DNA of 64,000 bases from Fimbriosthenelais zetlandica. Its lineage: Eukaryota. Shown here piece after piece: positions 62,131 to 64,000 of this stretch. The stretch covers positions 4,836,001 to 4,900,000 of the forward strand of contig OZ365118.1 in NCBI GenBank assembly GCA_977030845.1. The letters are read 5' to 3'. The first letter of the stretch is position 1; every line of letters starts with the position of its first letter. The translations under genes and the position numbers were made by a program. Under the pieces are notes generated by a model. The model was not told the DNA's origin, did not search any database, and saw only the letters and a program-made list of their open reading frames with translations.

Positions 62131-62900
62131 GTGGCCATTCTAACCACGGCAGAAGTTGAAGTTGTTCAGAGACCCCACGTGCACTACGGTTCTAAAATCT
62201 ACCACTGTAAATCAACTGAAACGGAGGAAAGATGTCCGGCTGTAGCTTGCTGTCGGAGGGATGCTCTAATTTGGAACTGGCATGAACATTATGAGAAGCG
62301 GCATCAGAACTGAAACCCAATATTGACAAATATGATGGAAGAACAAGACCATTTACAGACGTCACAAAGTGAAACGATTGCGCTCAAGCGGAGACATAGC
62401 CCTTATATTGGTTAATTCAGATACTGAATGTATATATACATATTGTATATAAAGAATTCGAGACTTGTAAAATCAAGATCTGTGATATACACTTCACTGG
62501 AAATGAAGACTTTGCAAATAGAAATCAAGGACAATGCATGTAATAATGTATTGTATATCAATGACTGTGATACCAATTACTTAATGGTTGAATTGTAGTG
62601 AGGAAATCTCACTGATGATGATGATGAAAATGAATCGATATGTTGTCAAATCAAATAATTTACCCTGTAAAAAGAAGTGTGATGTAAGAAGAAATGTGTA
62701 ATATTACTGTAGATAATATATCATGTATCATATATTATTTCACCCAAAAATGAAAATATCAAATGGGACTCTAAATTTTAAACTGAAATCACTTGAAACA
62801 AAACTGTAATAGAATAGAGATTGGTTATTTCAAATCATGTTATATTTTGTGGAAAATGTATGGCTAGACTAGGTGTAAATTGTATGTGAATTACGATTAG
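62131..62900 (+). other. Candidate terminal exon with AU-rich 3'UTR (end uncertain)
   Basis: gatttgtatttttcttttctag| acceptor with no strong donor afterwards. The sequence becomes AU-rich, with tandem TGTATATA at 62429 and 62444. Confidence 0.5.
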
Positions 62901-64000
62901 GTTTCTTAGTATGACATTTGACTTGCCATGAGAGAGGGACAGTGAGTTGTGAATGAAACATGTGGTCAGAATACGCATGCGTGGCGGGAGAGATCTCTCA
63001 CTAACTCCCCTCACTATTCTTCCCCTGTTCAGGGTTGAACACTCAAGTTCACAAGATGGTGATTTATGTTTGTTATATTGTCCTCATCCGCCATTGTTGT
63101 TTTGGGGGTTGTGGGTGGGTGGGGGAGGGTGTACACTGTTGTATGGATGGGGGTACTAGAGAAGGTTAGGGGATGTAGGGTGTAGTAATGGGGGTAGGGG
63201 GGTAGGGGGGCCTGACCCGTTTCCCACACTCGGAGCGGGACTGCCACATAGCTGACATTCCTTCGTGCCGCACTGGCATTTAGCAGGCGACAATCGACGA
63301 GAAAGTTCACACAATGAGGTCATGAGGTAACCAGACGATCATCGTGTCACCCCCTTAATTAAACCTATAATCTCCATCTCCCCCCATATATAACTCCATA
63401 TTATAGTACAATAGTAATTATACCATTATATTGTGCCCTCCCCAAGGTCAAACCAACACTGGGACAAATTTTGTGGTTCATTGAACTGGAAACAAGTATA
63501 GGTACTTTTCCGCAAAACAAATAATCGCATATTCCATTTTTTATAGTAGGAACAATATTTTCATGTCGGTTTTTATTCATGAAATAATATTTTATTGTCA
63601 TGTAATGAAAAATTGTTTGGGAGCCGACCATCTTTTGATCATTCATTTATAAGAATGGACTTTGTAGTTCATAGTTTAAGGTTAAACAGCACAAAGTAAT
63701 TATTTACATCGGTTATATTTATTTCATTATTTTAATATGAGGTTTGTTTAAAGTTAGACAAAGGAAACTTCTATGTGCAAGGTAATTTATATATATCATT
63801 ATAGGTAACTTCTTTTGGTGAAATGAGTTTCAAATCACAGATATTCATTTGATAAGTGAGGTTTCGAAAACCAAAAATTCAAATCAAATTTTACACAAGC
63901 CGTCAAGCAGAATATAAGGACATGTTATAGGTCATTTTGTACATTATTTTCTTTGGATATTTAATTTATAGGTAGCCCATGACATGCGACTCATTTCACC

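Overview
Eukaryotic (animal, probably bilaterian invertebrate) scaffold DNA, AT-rich, with two assembly gaps (5686-5904, 45809-45953). No prokaryotic-style operons or CRISPR arrays are present, and almost all ORFs in the supplied track look spurious. (1) The only confidently recognisable coding sequence is the last exon (435-582, +) of a SAM-dependent methyltransferase of the cyclopropane-fatty-acyl synthase / coclaurine N-methyltransferase-like family. (2) A complete, very young LTR element lies at 39318-42933 on the - strand. It has two 549-bp LTRs that look identical, a GCAT target-site duplication, a PBS-like site, and one 307-aa Q/P/S/T-rich ORF but no pol. (3) At least 11 Tourist/PIF-Harbinger-like MITEs from 4 families are present, plus a truncated SINE, a tRNA-derived relic, minisatellites and many 90-200 bp tandem duplications. 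(4) Short + strand exon-like segments with strong splice signals (best: 24858-24882, 29802-29846, 51419-51493, and a terminal exon from 62131) suggest a long multi-exon transcription unit whose product I cannot identify. (5) The intervening DNA has many transcription-factor motif clusters (TALE/Meis, ETS/YY1, NRF1, NF-kB, CRE, Sox, CTCF-like). All calls come from manual reading and no searches were run.
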